DNA of 63,853 bases, filler included, from Barthelona sp. PAP020 (lineage: Eukaryota): the NCBI GenBank assembly GCA_040182905.1. It is 27 parts of 27 records of this genome, joined end to end, with 100 filler letters (N's around TTAATTAATTAA, not from the genome) between each part and the next. Parts side by side here need not be neighbours in the genome. Positions count along the whole stretch, not along the records: positions 31,652 to 33,926 come from JARQWU010000851.1; positions 34,027 to 36,297 come from JARQWU010000852.1; positions 36,398 to 38,660 come from JARQWU010000853.1; positions 38,761 to 41,011 come from JARQWU010000854.1; positions 41,112 to 43,343 come from JARQWU010000855.1; 22 more parts are not named here. One strand, given 5' to 3'. Both the position numbers and the translations under genes were made by a program. Numbering within the stretch: position 1 is the stretch's first letter; each line of letters opens with the position of its first letter. The notes below the pieces were generated by a model. The model was not told where the DNA came from, did not search any database, and worked only from the letters and a program-made list of their open reading frames with translations. Positions 31,989 to 43,443 of the stretch are shown piece by piece.

Positions 31989-32687
31989 ATGACACAAGAT
32001 GCATTTGCAACAGGAATGGCTTTGGTTTCAAAAGCTTATAGAGAAAAAGTTGACGAATTGACCCAGGACAACACCCAACTCAAATCTCACATTCGCGAAT
32101 TGTCCACCGAATTAAATATTGCTACTGATAAAATTTCAGAATTAGAAAATAAATTGCGTGAAGCTTTGGGGGAATTGAAATCAGTCAATGCTATGAAAAA
32201 TGGTATTAGTTCTAGATATTCAACATTGCGCAAGAAAATTGCTGAATTATCCAATGAAAATGATAATTCTTCCTTCAACGCAACAGGTACTGATATTTAT
32301 TCTTCCATTCATGATGATAATCTGACCAATTTATTAACTAATGACACTGTATATGATAACATGCTTTATGAAAGTACAAATAAATACAAAGCTGATCCTA
32401 TATTGGAACCTGTTGAACCCTCCACCAAAACTCAAAATATTTACACCCCCACCAAAGAATATGATGAGCCCAGTGATTTTGTGGACCCTCAAGTGTTTTA
32501 CAAACAAGTAAAACAATGTTTAGTCCCTGCAGATTACAATAAATTTGCCGAAATTGTGCAGTCTTTTAATAGTCAAAAGAAAGATATGAATACAACTATT
32601 CGTGAAGTAAAAGAATTGTTTGGTGTTTTAAGACCTTTCCTTTGCAACCAATTTGAAGCTTTAATGCGACAAATTGTCAAATCATGA
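31989..32687 (+). CDS. Coiled-coil protein with a C-terminal PAH-like domain (At4g15545-like)
   Basis: Coiled-coil N-terminus; C-terminal VDPQVFYKQVKQCL...YNKF...FN...VKELFG...QFEALM. Confidence 0.6.
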   Translation: MTQDAFATGMALVSKAYREKVDELTQDNTQLKSHIRELSTELNIATDKISELENKLREALGELKSVNAMKNGISSRYSTLRKKIAELSNENDNSSFNATGTDIYSSIHDDNLTNLLTNDTVYDNMLYESTNKYKADPILEPVEPSTKTQNIYTPTKEYDEPSDFVDPQVFYKQVKQCLVPADYNKFAEIVQSFNSQKKDMNTTIREVKELFGVLRPFLCNQFEALMRQIVKS

Positions 32688-32846
32688 TGTTTTAAAAGTG
32701 TACATTTGATTTTTTTTTGTGTAAATGTGTGATTTAACTTTTGATAAATTTTTTTTGTGGGCAATTTGAGAATTTCTTTTTTTGCTGCTTAGATGCACAA
32801 AAACCTCCAATCAATATAAAACAAAAATAAAGTAAATTAATAAAGT

Positions 32847-33530
32847 TTATTGAAAAGTCTGTTCATGCGTCTTCTCATTCAGTATCTTAAAGATGTAAAT
32901 GTACTCATTATGAATATTCTTTTCGTATATTACTTCAAATATATATTGCGGATATTTTGCTAAAAATTCAAAAGGTTTATTTTCATCAATTAACAAAAGA
33001 TAACAACACCCATCTTTTTTCAAAAAATCACCTAATTTATTCATAAATATTGAAGTAACTTCTAATCCTAGTTCTCCTCCAGCCCAAGCGGCAGTAATAT
33101 CATCAAAACCTACTTCATCAGAGGGTGTAGGAACATAAGGGGGATTAAAGATCACAATATCAAATAATTTATCAATATTATCAGCAAAACTAGTTTGTAT
33201 ACAATGAACAATTGCATTGTTTTCGGAAGCTGTTTGCATAGTTCTTTGAATTGCATCAGAATTGATATCAGTAGCATAACATTCAGCATTTTGAAAATGC
33301 ATCGATAATGATGTGATATTATATCCCGAACCTGAACCAATTTCGATTATTGATAAAGGTAATTCTTTCGGAACATTCTCCAAATCTTTTGATAAAGCAT
33401 CAAACATTATGTAAGTATCGTCAGAAGGTTTGTAAACATTTTTAAATATTTGACTCCATAATCCATCAATGATCGGTTCAGGAAGTTTCATTATAAGACA
33501 ATTCAAACCTTTATCAAAAGTCACTGACAT
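32847..33530 (-). CDS. MTQ2: eRF1 glutamine methyltransferase HemK2/N6AMT1/Mtq2
   Basis: VYKPSDDT, EIGSGSG, TDIN, FNPPYVPT, AWAGG. Confidence 0.9.
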   Translation of the reverse strand: MSVTFDKGLNCLIMKLPEPIIDGLWSQIFKNVYKPSDDTYIMFDALSKDLENVPKELPLSIIEIGSGSGYNITSLSMHFQNAECYATDINSDAIQRTMQTASENNAIVHCIQTSFADNIDKLFDIVIFNPPYVPTPSDEVGFDDITAAWAGGELGLEVTSIFMNKLGDFLKKDGCCYLLLIDENKPFEFLAKYPQYIFEVIYEKNIHNEYIYIFKILNEKTHEQTFQ

Positions 33531-34055
33531 GTTTTACTTTAAAACAAAGTTTCACAGTTATCAACTTTATAATATTATATCATGACATTGAATATTATAA
33601 TAAAAAAGGTTAATTTTCTATCAAAACTAATGTCAAACCGTTAAATGCTTTGATATTGAATTGATTTAAAGATCCAGGTTTCAAAGTGTGGAAAAGGAAA
33701 GTGTGTGGTTTTCAAATAACCCCCTTCAAATTCATCAAAACAGGGTTTTTCAAAATAATCACAAACTTATAAACATTTTGATAAGCTTTATGGTATCAAA
33801 TTCTATTTATTTGGAATTGGTTTTTCCGTTGTTAAATTTTTTTATTTTATTTATGACTTCATTAAACCATCCGTGGGGGTGGGGGAATTGAGGGATTTTA
33901 TATGCGAACGCTCGTCTGATTGTTCTNNNNNNNNNNNNNNNNNNNNNNNNNNNNNNNNNNNNNNNNNNNNTTAATTAATTAANNNNNNNNNNNNNNNNNN
34001 NNNNNNNNNNNNNNNNNNNNNNNNNNTGGGTCAACTTTGATTTTTTTTTTGAAAC

Positions 34056-36297
34056 ATGTCAAATCCTGAAATTGCTCGTATTGCAAAGGTACAAAGATCT
34101 CATCTTCAAGTTGGGGATTCTGCAGACATTGATGCTGCACGTGAAGCTTTTAATCAAGCTGAGATGGAAAAGTTGAAAGATGCTTGTCATGAATGGATTC
34201 AATCTGTGCTTGATGATAAGACAGATTTGGATTTTTTTGATTATATTCGTGATGGTAAAGCGTTATGTATGGTTGTAAATCGAATTGAACCTGGTATTAC
34301 CAAATTTCATAAAATGGCAAGAGGATTTTTAGCTCTTGAAAATCATCATAACTTTGTAAAATCCTGTGCCAAGCTTGGTCTTCCTTCTAACTTATTGTAC
34401 AATCCTACTGAATTTTATGAAAACAAAAATATTTATGGTTTAGTCTTAACTGTTTGGGAATTGGCTAAAGAAAGTACAATGCGTGGTTTTGAAATTCAAA
34501 TAAATAAGGTTAGTGGTGTTTCAGACGAAGCCAAGAAATTAATGGAAGAGGAACTTCATCGCGCTCAACATGTTGCTGAAACCATGGACAATGTTGAAGA
34601 TGAAGAAGAAGAAGAAGAGCCTGAAGAAGTTGAAGCAGATGTTGATTTCAATGACATCGATTTGGATGGCATTGATGATTATGTTCGTATGAGTGATGAA
34701 CCTGGAGACATCATTAAATTTTCATTCACTTTACCATATGATGAAGACGCTATTGCTAAGATTGTTGCAGATGTTGATAGCGGTGAAGTTGTTCATGAAC
34801 TTGTTTATAATGACGGAGAATGGACCTTAGATTGGAGTAATCCTCCTGATCGTATTGATTATAAGCTTTTAGTTGAAGAAGATGGAGAAAGTTATTGGGA
34901 GACAGGACCTTTGCGAACCTTGATTATTACAAAGGCTGATCGTGTGACTCCTCTTTTGATCAATGGTAATTGGAGAAATCCTGATGATGAAACCTCCACT
35001 TTGAAGTTGGTTACTACCAGTGGAAGTCAAGCTGTGTATCGTGTTCACTACAATAGTATTGAAGGAGATGATCTTGTTGAAGCTATTCCTGAGAACCCAA
35101 ATGAAACAGATATTATTATCAATAAGGGTGGCATTGGATTTATGGAGTTTAGACTTGCTGCTGACTCTGAAGGAATGCCAATCTCTTGTCTTGAATCTCT
35201 TGATGATGTTGTTAGCATTGATATGAGTTATTTGTGGATTTCTGATGAAGCTGTCGGTGCTCTTTTGGAATTATGTCCCAATGCTTTTAATATTTCTCTT
35301 TCTGGTTGTGAAGATTTGACTGCACAAGCTATTGTTGATGTAACTTCGATGCTTGGTGATCGTTTGCAATCACTTTCCTTACGTAACTGTCGTAACTTGT
35401 TGCCATCTGATTTAGTTCCTGTCTTCACTCAATGTCCTTCATTGACAGCTATTGATTTATCAAAATGTCAAAAGATGAACTCAACAACTATTATTGCTTT
35501 GTGTAAGAAGTTTAAATCTTCCTTAACTTCTCTGAAGATTGGTGGTTGTGATCGTATTGATGATAAAGCTGCTGATTCTATTGCTAATTTGGAAAATCTT
35601 ACTGTGCTTGATGTAAACAGATGCGGATCTTTGTCAAATGAAGCTGTTCTTCGTATTATTGATGGGAATAGGCTTAAAGAATTGGACATTTCATCACGTA
35701 CCCTCACAGAAGATTTAATAACAAGTATTTCAAAGTTAGTTGACCTTGAAAATTTGAATGTCAGTTGGTGTGACATTTCTTCAAGCAATTTCGTTCTTTT
35801 TGAATCTCTTGTTAATCTTGTCATTCTTGATGCATCAAATAATGATGATTTGGATGATAATGCTGTCAATGCATTAAAGAGTGATAAGTTAAAGGAATTA
35901 CATTTAACAGATCTTAACATATCTGATGAATCTGTTGTTCCTATTGTTGAACGATGCAAAGAAACATTAAGAGTGTTAAATGTTGGTGGAACACAGTGCA
36001 AAGAAGTGTTCAAAACAGCTACTTCTGTTCAAAAGCTTGAATCATTGAACATGAGAAAATGTGAAATTGATGGCGAACAATTGGTTGAATATGCAAAACT
36101 TAAATGTTTAAAATTGTTAGGTCTTAATGAATCTGAAGGCATTGAACGTGAACACATCGTTGCCTTCATTCAGAATCGTCCCAAATCTGATATATTTGAA
36201 TTGACATTAGATTTGACTGACGTTGGTTTCGATTCTGAGTTGAAAGAAGAATTGGAAGAAGAATTGGGAGATTTGGAATTGATTGACCTTCTTTTGT
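34056..36297 (+). CDS. Calponin-homology + CBM20-like + leucine-rich repeat protein (stop codon not seen)
   Basis: CH domain (EWIQ...IRDGKALC...ENHHNF); W...IDYKLLV...WETGPLRTL...NW segment; cysteine-containing LRRs. Confidence 0.8.
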
Positions 36298-37003
36298 NNN
36301 NNNNNNNNNNNNNNNNNNNNNNNNNNNNNNNNNNNNNNNNNTTAATTAATTAANNNNNNNNNNNNNNNNNNNNNNNNNNNNNNNNNNNNNNNNNNNNGAT
36401 TTTTCTTTCAGATTTCCTCTTTCGAATTTGTCCACTCAATTGTATTGGAAATTGTTTTGAGCAATACTTCATGATGTTGGAAGATGATAATTGCATGTTG
36501 TAATTTTTTTTTATTTGAAATCTTTCTCTAAAGATGAGAATGTTTGCCCAACTTCTGTTGAAATAGATGAAAGCAACATTATTTAATAATAATGCTTTTG
36601 TGCTAAATGCAACAATAAGAATAGCAAAAAGTGTCTTGAAATTGGTATGGCTGTGAAAGAGACTTATTTATGTGTGATAAAAAACTGAGAACAATTCTTT
36701 AAGATATTTTGGTCAAAGCATAATCTTGATGAGCAAAAAGGGATATTTTTGTCAGTTATGAAACAACCCTGCTTATTTATAGAAAGAGTTAAATTTGGTG
36801 AGTTTATTTAAGTTAATTGTAGCAAAAGCAAATGAGCCGCTGAAATTCAGTCCTGACGATCAAGTATGAAAGTTTGGGAAAGAATTACTTATCTCTGTTT
36901 TTGTGTCGCACAAAGTCAAAATTAATGAAGGTTTTATTTTCTCTTTTGAAATGTTGAAAGTTTCAACATAATAATCAACTCTCCAAATGCTTTAAACAAA
37001 TAA

Positions 37004-37321
37004 TTGGTCCAGTTGTGAAACAACCATATTTGTTTACAAGGAAAGTAAACTCACAAAACTCATTCCAACAAATTTCTGTCAAAACCCCAGGGGGAATTGA
37101 GGGACTGAAATGTAATTTGAATGATTATGTAGGAGAATTTCGGAGAAATTCTTCATTCCTATTTTTTTGTATTTTTGCAAAACAAAATTTAAAGTTTAAA
37201 CTATGCCTTTGAAAATCTAAAGTTTTTCAACAGATCAATCGGGCCTCAAAAGCGTTTAACCAAATAAACACTATTCTTTTTTATTCGCTCATACACACAG
37301 TGCTTCTTGGCTTGGAAATAA
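37004..37321 (-). repeat. Repeat family A, full copy; degenerate copy to the left (~36745-37000) and a 31-bp family B end to the right (37321-37351)
   Basis: TTGGTCCAGTTGTG...CTTGGCTTGGAAATAA. Confidence 0.92.
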
Positions 37322-37709
37322 ATTCCGTTCATTGAGCATGAACTTCAACATTGATTTTCTTATGAAGGAATTGAGTAATGTTAAATGTAAATTTGATGAG
37401 GCAGATTTATGAATTCGTGTTGAATTTTATAGATTCAAAATATATTACTTATATTATCTTAATCTTGTAATTATTGATTTCTTCATATTTAGAGTCCTTA
37501 CCAACCTGAATATAAGTTTAAATGCAAAAAAATCATGATTTTTTTTAATTTAATTTAATTTAATTTAATTTAATTTAAATTTATTAAATGAACTCTATTT
37601 GATTCAAGAATTCTGCTGATTTCTTTGATGAAACCAAATTTTTTTCATTTGATCACAATCAACAATAATAAATGTTTAGAATCTAATTTTATTTTAATTT
37701 TCTTCCTAA

Positions 37710-38660
37710 CTACCATTCATCATATTTGGAAGCAAATGCAGATTGATATCCAAATTGACTTTGTTCATTGCTCTTACTATTTTGATTTCCACTTTTATAT
37801 TTTGATTTACCTTGTCTTCTCACATCAACATTACTGTATCTAGAAGAGTTATTAAAGTTATTAAATTTGGAAGAGCCATTTCTACGTTTAGGTTTTGAAA
37901 TTTGATGAGCAGCATTTTGTAACCATTGAGGGATGTCTTGATCTGCTTCAGTCATTTTATCAACAATACCAACCAACATGTTGCTGTTTAAATTGACATC
38001 AACAAAAGCAGTAGCTACACCATGAGCACCAGCTCTACCAGTTCTTCCAATACGATGAATATAAGGTTCAATAGAAGATGGCAAATCATACTGAATAACA
38101 TGTGAAATATTTGGAATGTTGATTCCTCTGGCAGCAACATCTGTGGCAACTAAAATTGAAACTGCACCTCTTTTAAATGAGTTCAAACATCTTTCACGTT
38201 CAGATTGATCACGATCTCCGTGCAATCTAGTACATCTATAGCCTTTGTTAAAAAGATACTCATGTAAATGGTCAACTGTAATTTTCTTTTCAACAAAGAC
38301 AATAGTTTGTCTATCAGGGTCTTGTGATAAAATGTCTTCAAGCATTTCTTTTTTCTTTATTTCATTATTTGGTGCTCGGATAACTCTTTGAGAAATGTTT
38401 TGCGTAACCTTTCCAATTTTTCCAACAGCAACAAAAACATAATTGGGTAATAAAAAGTCCTTAGCAAGAGATTGAATCTTACGAGGGAACGTTGCAGAGA
38501 ACATTACTGTGTGTCTTTCAGATTTAGGGGGCATTTGATAATTGTCAACAATAGAACGCACATCAGGCTCAAATCCAATGTCTAACATATGATCTGCTTC
38601 ATCTAAAACGAAGAATTTAACCTTACTTAAATCAACTACACCTTCTTTTAAAAAGTGTTC
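37710..38660 (-). CDS. DEAD-box RNA helicase, Ded1/DDX3-like (5' truncated)
   Basis: VLDEADHMLDIGFEP, MPPKSERHTVMFSATFP, ATDVAARG, YIHRIGRTGRAG; ends in W. Confidence 0.85.
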   Translation of the reverse strand, partial: EHFLKEGVVDLSKVKFFVLDEADHMLDIGFEPDVRSIVDNYQMPPKSERHTVMFSATFPRKIQSLAKDFLLPNYVFVAVGKIGKVTQNISQRVIRAPNNEIKKKEMLEDILSQDPDRQTIVFVEKKITVDHLHEYLFNKGYRCTRLHGDRDQSERERCLNSFKRGAVSILVATDVAARGINIPNISHVIQYDLPSSIEPYIHRIGRTGRAGAHGVATAFVDVNLNSNMLVGIVDKMTEADQDIPQWLQNAAHQISKPKRRNGSSKFNNFNNSSRYSNVDVRRQGKSKYKSGNQNSKSNEQSQFGYQSAFASKYDEW

Positions 38661-38760
38661 NNNNNNNNNNNNNNNNNNNNNNNNNNNNNNNNNNNNNNNN
38701 NNNNTTAATTAATTAANNNNNNNNNNNNNNNNNNNNNNNNNNNNNNNNNNNNNNNNNNNN

Positions 38761-39280
38761 AGGAAATGCTTCCTAATAATAAAAAGCAGGTGTTATCAAA
38801 TGGAGAAGGAATTATTTCCAAAAGTTGAGATTGTTGATTGGAAGGTATTTTCATATTTGATACGACTTTTCCTTTATCTAATTCAATTAAAGACACAACA
38901 TCCTCATTTGTGGTACGAATTAGCAACAACAAAAAATGTGCATCCGAAGATATGGAAAAATGTACAATGTTAGAGGGTAAAATATCTAATCTAGAGAAAC
39001 TTCTAATACGTTTTAAAGTTTTTGAAGAAAGTATGGTAAAATGACAATGCTTAGAATTGGTCAACGTTTCAAATGCCAAAATAAATTTCGAATCTGGCGA
39101 TAATATCATTCTATTTATACCAATCACTTCTTCAGGAAATGGTATTTTTTTTTTAATATTGTTTTGTAAATCATTTAAAACAAAAAATCTTCCACATGTG
39201 TACACTAATTGTTTGTTCGGTAAAAGTAAAACAATTTCTGATAAATTATTATTTAGTCCCCAAGTATCTATAATTTGCAT
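38761..39280 (-). CDS. WD40 protein N-terminus, CFAP57/WDR65-like (3' truncated)
   Basis: WGL...LVYTCGRFFVL...KKKIP...ILSPDSKFILAFE resembles the CFAP57 start. Confidence 0.55.
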
Positions 39281-39524
39281 GCCTAATGCAGCGAAATAAA
39301 TCAAAAAAAAAAATTAACTTTTGTAATTGAATAAATTTTGACCTTTATTCATTGGTAAGAAGTTACTCTTTATTGAATAACTTTGAAAAACATATGAATA
39401 ACATAATGTAAAACTGTTATTCAAAATTGATTTTCTTTTATCATATGCTTTTTTTTCATTGAAAGTTTTGTACATTTGTTGATTTTGCCGATTTTTTTGT
39501 TATTATTGATATTTGTTCTTTGCA

Positions 39525-39986
39525 ATGAGAGATGATTATATAACAATTTTTCAACTTTTTGACCAAGATCATGATGGAGTGATATCATCTGTTGAATTTC
39601 GGAAAATTCTATTTCCTATAGTATGTAGACAGCAGCCTGGGTTAAATAAAGCACAAATATTTCATGTAATTGACCATCTTTTCCATACTTATGATGTTGA
39701 TAGAGATGAATCTTTAGATATGAACGAATTTGTTGCATTTATGGACTGTTTTCATACACATCCCGAGGATATTCAAATTAGAATTGCTTTTGTAATGTAT
39801 GATACTGATTTAAATGGTTTCATTGATTCTGATGAACTAAGCAATTGTTTTAATGCAGTTTATACAAATGGAACAGAGGAAATGCTACAATCAATTATGG
39901 ATGTTATTGATTTTAACAGAGATGGGAAAATTTCTTTTCCAGAATTTAAGAAATTATGCACAATGATTGGTGAAACTGCTAAATAA
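39525..39986 (+). CDS. Calmodulin-like four-EF-hand protein
   Basis: DQDHDGVISSVE, DVDRDESLDMNE, DTDLNGFIDSDE, DFNRDGKISFPE. Confidence 0.9.
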   Translation: MRDDYITIFQLFDQDHDGVISSVEFRKILFPIVCRQQPGLNKAQIFHVIDHLFHTYDVDRDESLDMNEFVAFMDCFHTHPEDIQIRIAFVMYDTDLNGFIDSDELSNCFNAVYTNGTEEMLQSIMDVIDFNRDGKISFPEFKKLCTMIGETAK

Positions 39987-40194
39987 TGTAAATGTTCAAA
40001 ATAGTCTATTTATTTTTGGTAATAACAGTATTTTTGGTAAAAACATTCAGTTACTGCAGGAAATTGTTTTTATTTCCTCCACAAAACAGTTGGTGGGTTT
40101 CAATTTTTGAATGTGATTGAATAGAAACAATGATTTGTTTGATATAAACAGAGATTTTGGTTGATTAATCTTTTGGATTTTTTTTTTTGTTGAC

Positions 40195-40572
40195 ATGAGA
40201 AACATTATTGATCGAAATAACCCCTTTGCTTCCAATGATTTATTTTCTGTGGTTCCATTTTTCCTTTTCTTTGCATTGTTAGAAATGCAATTGACAAACA
40301 ATAGTCTTGCTTTTTTAATTCAATTAATCGCTGGATTAATAATGATCCAAGAATGGGCATTGCCTAGTTGGTTGTTATTTATTTTTGCGAGTGGAATTCA
40401 CTTTTATTATCGATATAATACTATTTTACAAATGACTTTTATCAATGAAAATGTAGAATTTTTATATTTTGGTAAATATCAAACAATAAACTTTGGTCAG
40501 GTGTGTATTCTTGATGTACTTATAGTTTTTGCAATATCTGTTGAAAATCACTTTAAGAAAAAACAATTGTAG
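40195..40572 (+). CDS. Hypothetical membrane protein
   Basis: 125-aa hydrophobic ORF with no recognised motif. Confidence 0.4.
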   Translation: MRNIIDRNNPFASNDLFSVVPFFLFFALLEMQLTNNSLAFLIQLIAGLIMIQEWALPSWLLFIFASGIHFYYRYNTILQMTFINENVEFLYFGKYQTINFGQVCILDVLIVFAISVENHFKKKQL

Positions 40573-41111
40573 TTTCATTTTTGGTGTAGAATCTTTGTTT
40601 GTTTCATGTTTTTTTATTATTGTTGTTAAAATATCGCCTTATTGTATAAATAGTATTTTATTTTGTTTTTTTTATCTCATTTGTTTCTTCTAAACTGTGA
40701 TTTTAGTTTCAACTGTGAATTCAAGTGTCAAATTGATTAAAAGACAAAAGAGTACAATTCTATTTCTTTCCAAATGTCTGCCCTGTACTTAGAGCGTACA
40801 AAGGAGGAAGTTTCTTTCAGGATGCGCCTCAAACAATGTGCCGAAGCTTCGAATCATCCTTGTCAAAAGTGAAAGGCCATTTGTGTTCATTCCCAAAGTG
40901 TTTCGCTTCAATTTAACAGTCTGAAACACCTCATTTTTGCCAATAAAACTTGATTGACTCATGCTGTTTGCTTGATTCTGTTGGCAAATGTATTTACCTT
41001 TTCCACTTCACNNNNNNNNNNNNNNNNNNNNNNNNNNNNNNNNNNNNNNNNNNNNTTAATTAATTAANNNNNNNNNNNNNNNNNNNNNNNNNNNNNNNNN
41101 NNNNNNNNNNN

Positions 41112-41451
41112 TATGGCGCTTGGCATCAATATCCATTAAAGTCCATAAAGTTTCACGATGTTGATCAATTGGTCCTTGTGAAAGATAACCTTCTAATTGA
41201 CCAGCACAATTCATCTGAGTTCGGGGAGCAGCAGATCCTTCAATAATATGGACATGCAATTTTCTAAAACCTTCAGTAAAAAGGGTATCTTCAAAAGTAG
41301 CCCAAGCAATAACTTTGGCATCAGCAGGTTTGTCGACAACTAATTTAAGAGCACCAGTAGAATCTTGAATACAATGAAGATGTGTAATATCAGCAGCAAC
41401 AGCTATGGCAATTAAAGCTGAAATAATACACAAATAATAATTAATCTTCAT
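41112..41451 (-). CDS. Phospholipase B-like protein N-terminus with signal peptide (partial)
   Basis: Signal peptide; AWATFED...EGFRKLHV...QMNCAGQLEGYLSQ matches the PLBD pattern. Confidence 0.7.
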
Positions 41452-41631
41452 TGATTGACAAAAGAAAAGTGAAATTGAAAGAATAAATATTTCTTTGAAA
41501 TTGGTTGAATTTTCCAAATTTTTTCAGGAAATATTTCATTTGTATTTGTATCATATGAGTTTATTTGAGCCTATAAAGAAGTTATATTTTTTGGGAAGAC
41601 ATTGAATGAATTTTTTTTCCTCATTTCAACA

Positions 41632-42274
41632 ATGCAACAAACTGAAGATGGCCTGAAATGGATTCAATGGTATTGTTCACTAAGTGGAAATGTAATAATT
41701 CTTGTGATTTTTATTCTAACAAAAGGAATTTTTTTGTGAGATCGAGGAAGATTGGATTACTGATGAATTTAATCTTATTGGACTGCAAAATGCTGTACCA
41801 AATTATAGGAATGCCTTGGATTTGATGTTAGATCGTGATAGTTTTGAACATTTAGACCAAAGTGACCAACGTGCTCTAACCCATTCTGCCGCATTATTAT
41901 ATGGATTTATACATGCGAGATATATATTATCACCTTCAGGGCTTGAAAGGATGTCTAAGAAATTTGAAAATTATGAATTTGGGACTTGTCCAAATCATTG
42001 TTGCAATGGTGCCCCTCTTTTACCAATAGCGACCACAGATTTACCTGGTAAAGATTTTGTTAAACTATATTGTCCAGTTTGTAAAGACATGTATGTTCCC
42101 AAAAAACCTAAACACAAAAAAATTGATGGTTGCTTTTTTACTACCACATTTGCTCCTTATTTTTTGATGGTTTATAGTTTCAAATATAATATAGTCAGAC
42201 CTAGACCTCCATATGTACCTTTAATTTATGGATTTAAAATTCATAAGGAGAAGGTGGAAGATGTGAATCAGTAA
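41632..42274 (+). CDS. CKB: Casein kinase II regulatory beta subunit, intron 41692-41725 (34 nt)
   Basis: Splicing gives WIQWYCSLSGN|EFFCEIEEDWITDEFNL; also LYGFIHARYI, FGTCP and KLYCPVC. Confidence 0.95.
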
Positions 42275-42451
42275 ATTTTTTTTTTGTTTTTGAAACATTT
42301 TCGTTCAAAGAACTGCGCAACAATTTTTTATTGGAAACATTTTTTGTGATCTCAAAAAATCTGCGATCCAAATTTATTGAAAATTGGCAATCCACTTGAT
42401 ACATTTTTGAAAAGAAAACAAATTTTTTTTAATTTTGCTATTTGTGAGGAT

Positions 42452-43018
42452 ATGAATATTGATAATTACATTAAAGAGATGGTTCTTGAAGAAGAAGAAA
42501 TTATTCATGGTGTTAATATGTTGGCCGAGCAAATTAACAACGAATATAAAGAAGTTGATGAAGTTGTTGTTCTCCCCATTTTAAATGGGGCTTTATTTTT
42601 TTGTAATGATCTTATGAGGAGATTAACAGTTAAAAAGACGTTGGTTCCAATAAGCTTATCTTGTTATGGGAAGCATATGTCTGCTGGAAATATCAAATGG
42701 AAATTATCTCCTGAGATTACAGATTTTGCCAATAAAGATTGCCTCATTGTTGATGAATTGTGTGAAACAGGCACAACACTCAAAGCAGCACATGATTTTT
42801 TAATTGAAAATGGGGCTAAATCTGTCAAAACTGTTGTTATTATTAAGAAAGAAATTGAAAGTGTCATTTCTCCTGATTTTTATTCTTTTGATTGCCCTGG
42901 TAACATGTGGCTTGTTGGCTACGGATTAGATATGTCTGGTTACTGTCGGGAAATACCATTCATTTTTGTTCCTACTGAAGAAGGAATCAATTACTTTGGA
43001 AATAACTCCAAAATATAA
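42452..43018 (+). CDS. hpt: Hypoxanthine/guanine phosphoribosyltransferase
   Basis: ILNGALFF.NDL, SCYG, LIVDELCETGTTL, LVGYGLD...RE.P. Confidence 0.85.
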   Translation: MNIDNYIKEMVLEEEEIIHGVNMLAEQINNEYKEVDEVVVLPILNGALFFCNDLMRRLTVKKTLVPISLSCYGKHMSAGNIKWKLSPEITDFANKDCLIVDELCETGTTLKAAHDFLIENGAKSVKTVVIIKKEIESVISPDFYSFDCPGNMWLVGYGLDMSGYCREIPFIFVPTEEGINYFGNNSKI

Positions 43019-43443
43019 ATATATACTTTAAGATTTATTATTTTTACTTTGACAAAGTTATTTGAACAGATACACACAGTTATAAGAAAAAAAAAAAAAG
43101 GCAGTATTTCTTTTATGACTGACGATGGTTGGTTTTCGAGTTAAAAAGCCTGCAGTAGACATAATTATTTTGTGTTACAATTCAACAACAAAAATATATG
43201 AAGATTTGAAAAATTTTGTTGAAGGAATTGTAAATCATTTGAATGAGCAATGCATTGATGTTTATGTGAATACTGAATATGACGATAAGCCTATTGATAA
43301 GTCGTCATTAAAATTTGTGATCAACAACAGTTTGTTGAATTATNNNNNNNNNNNNNNNNNNNNNNNNNNNNNNNNNNNNNNNNNNNNTTAATTAATTAAN
43401 NNNNNNNNNNNNNNNNNNNNNNNNNNNNNNNNNNNNNNNNNNN

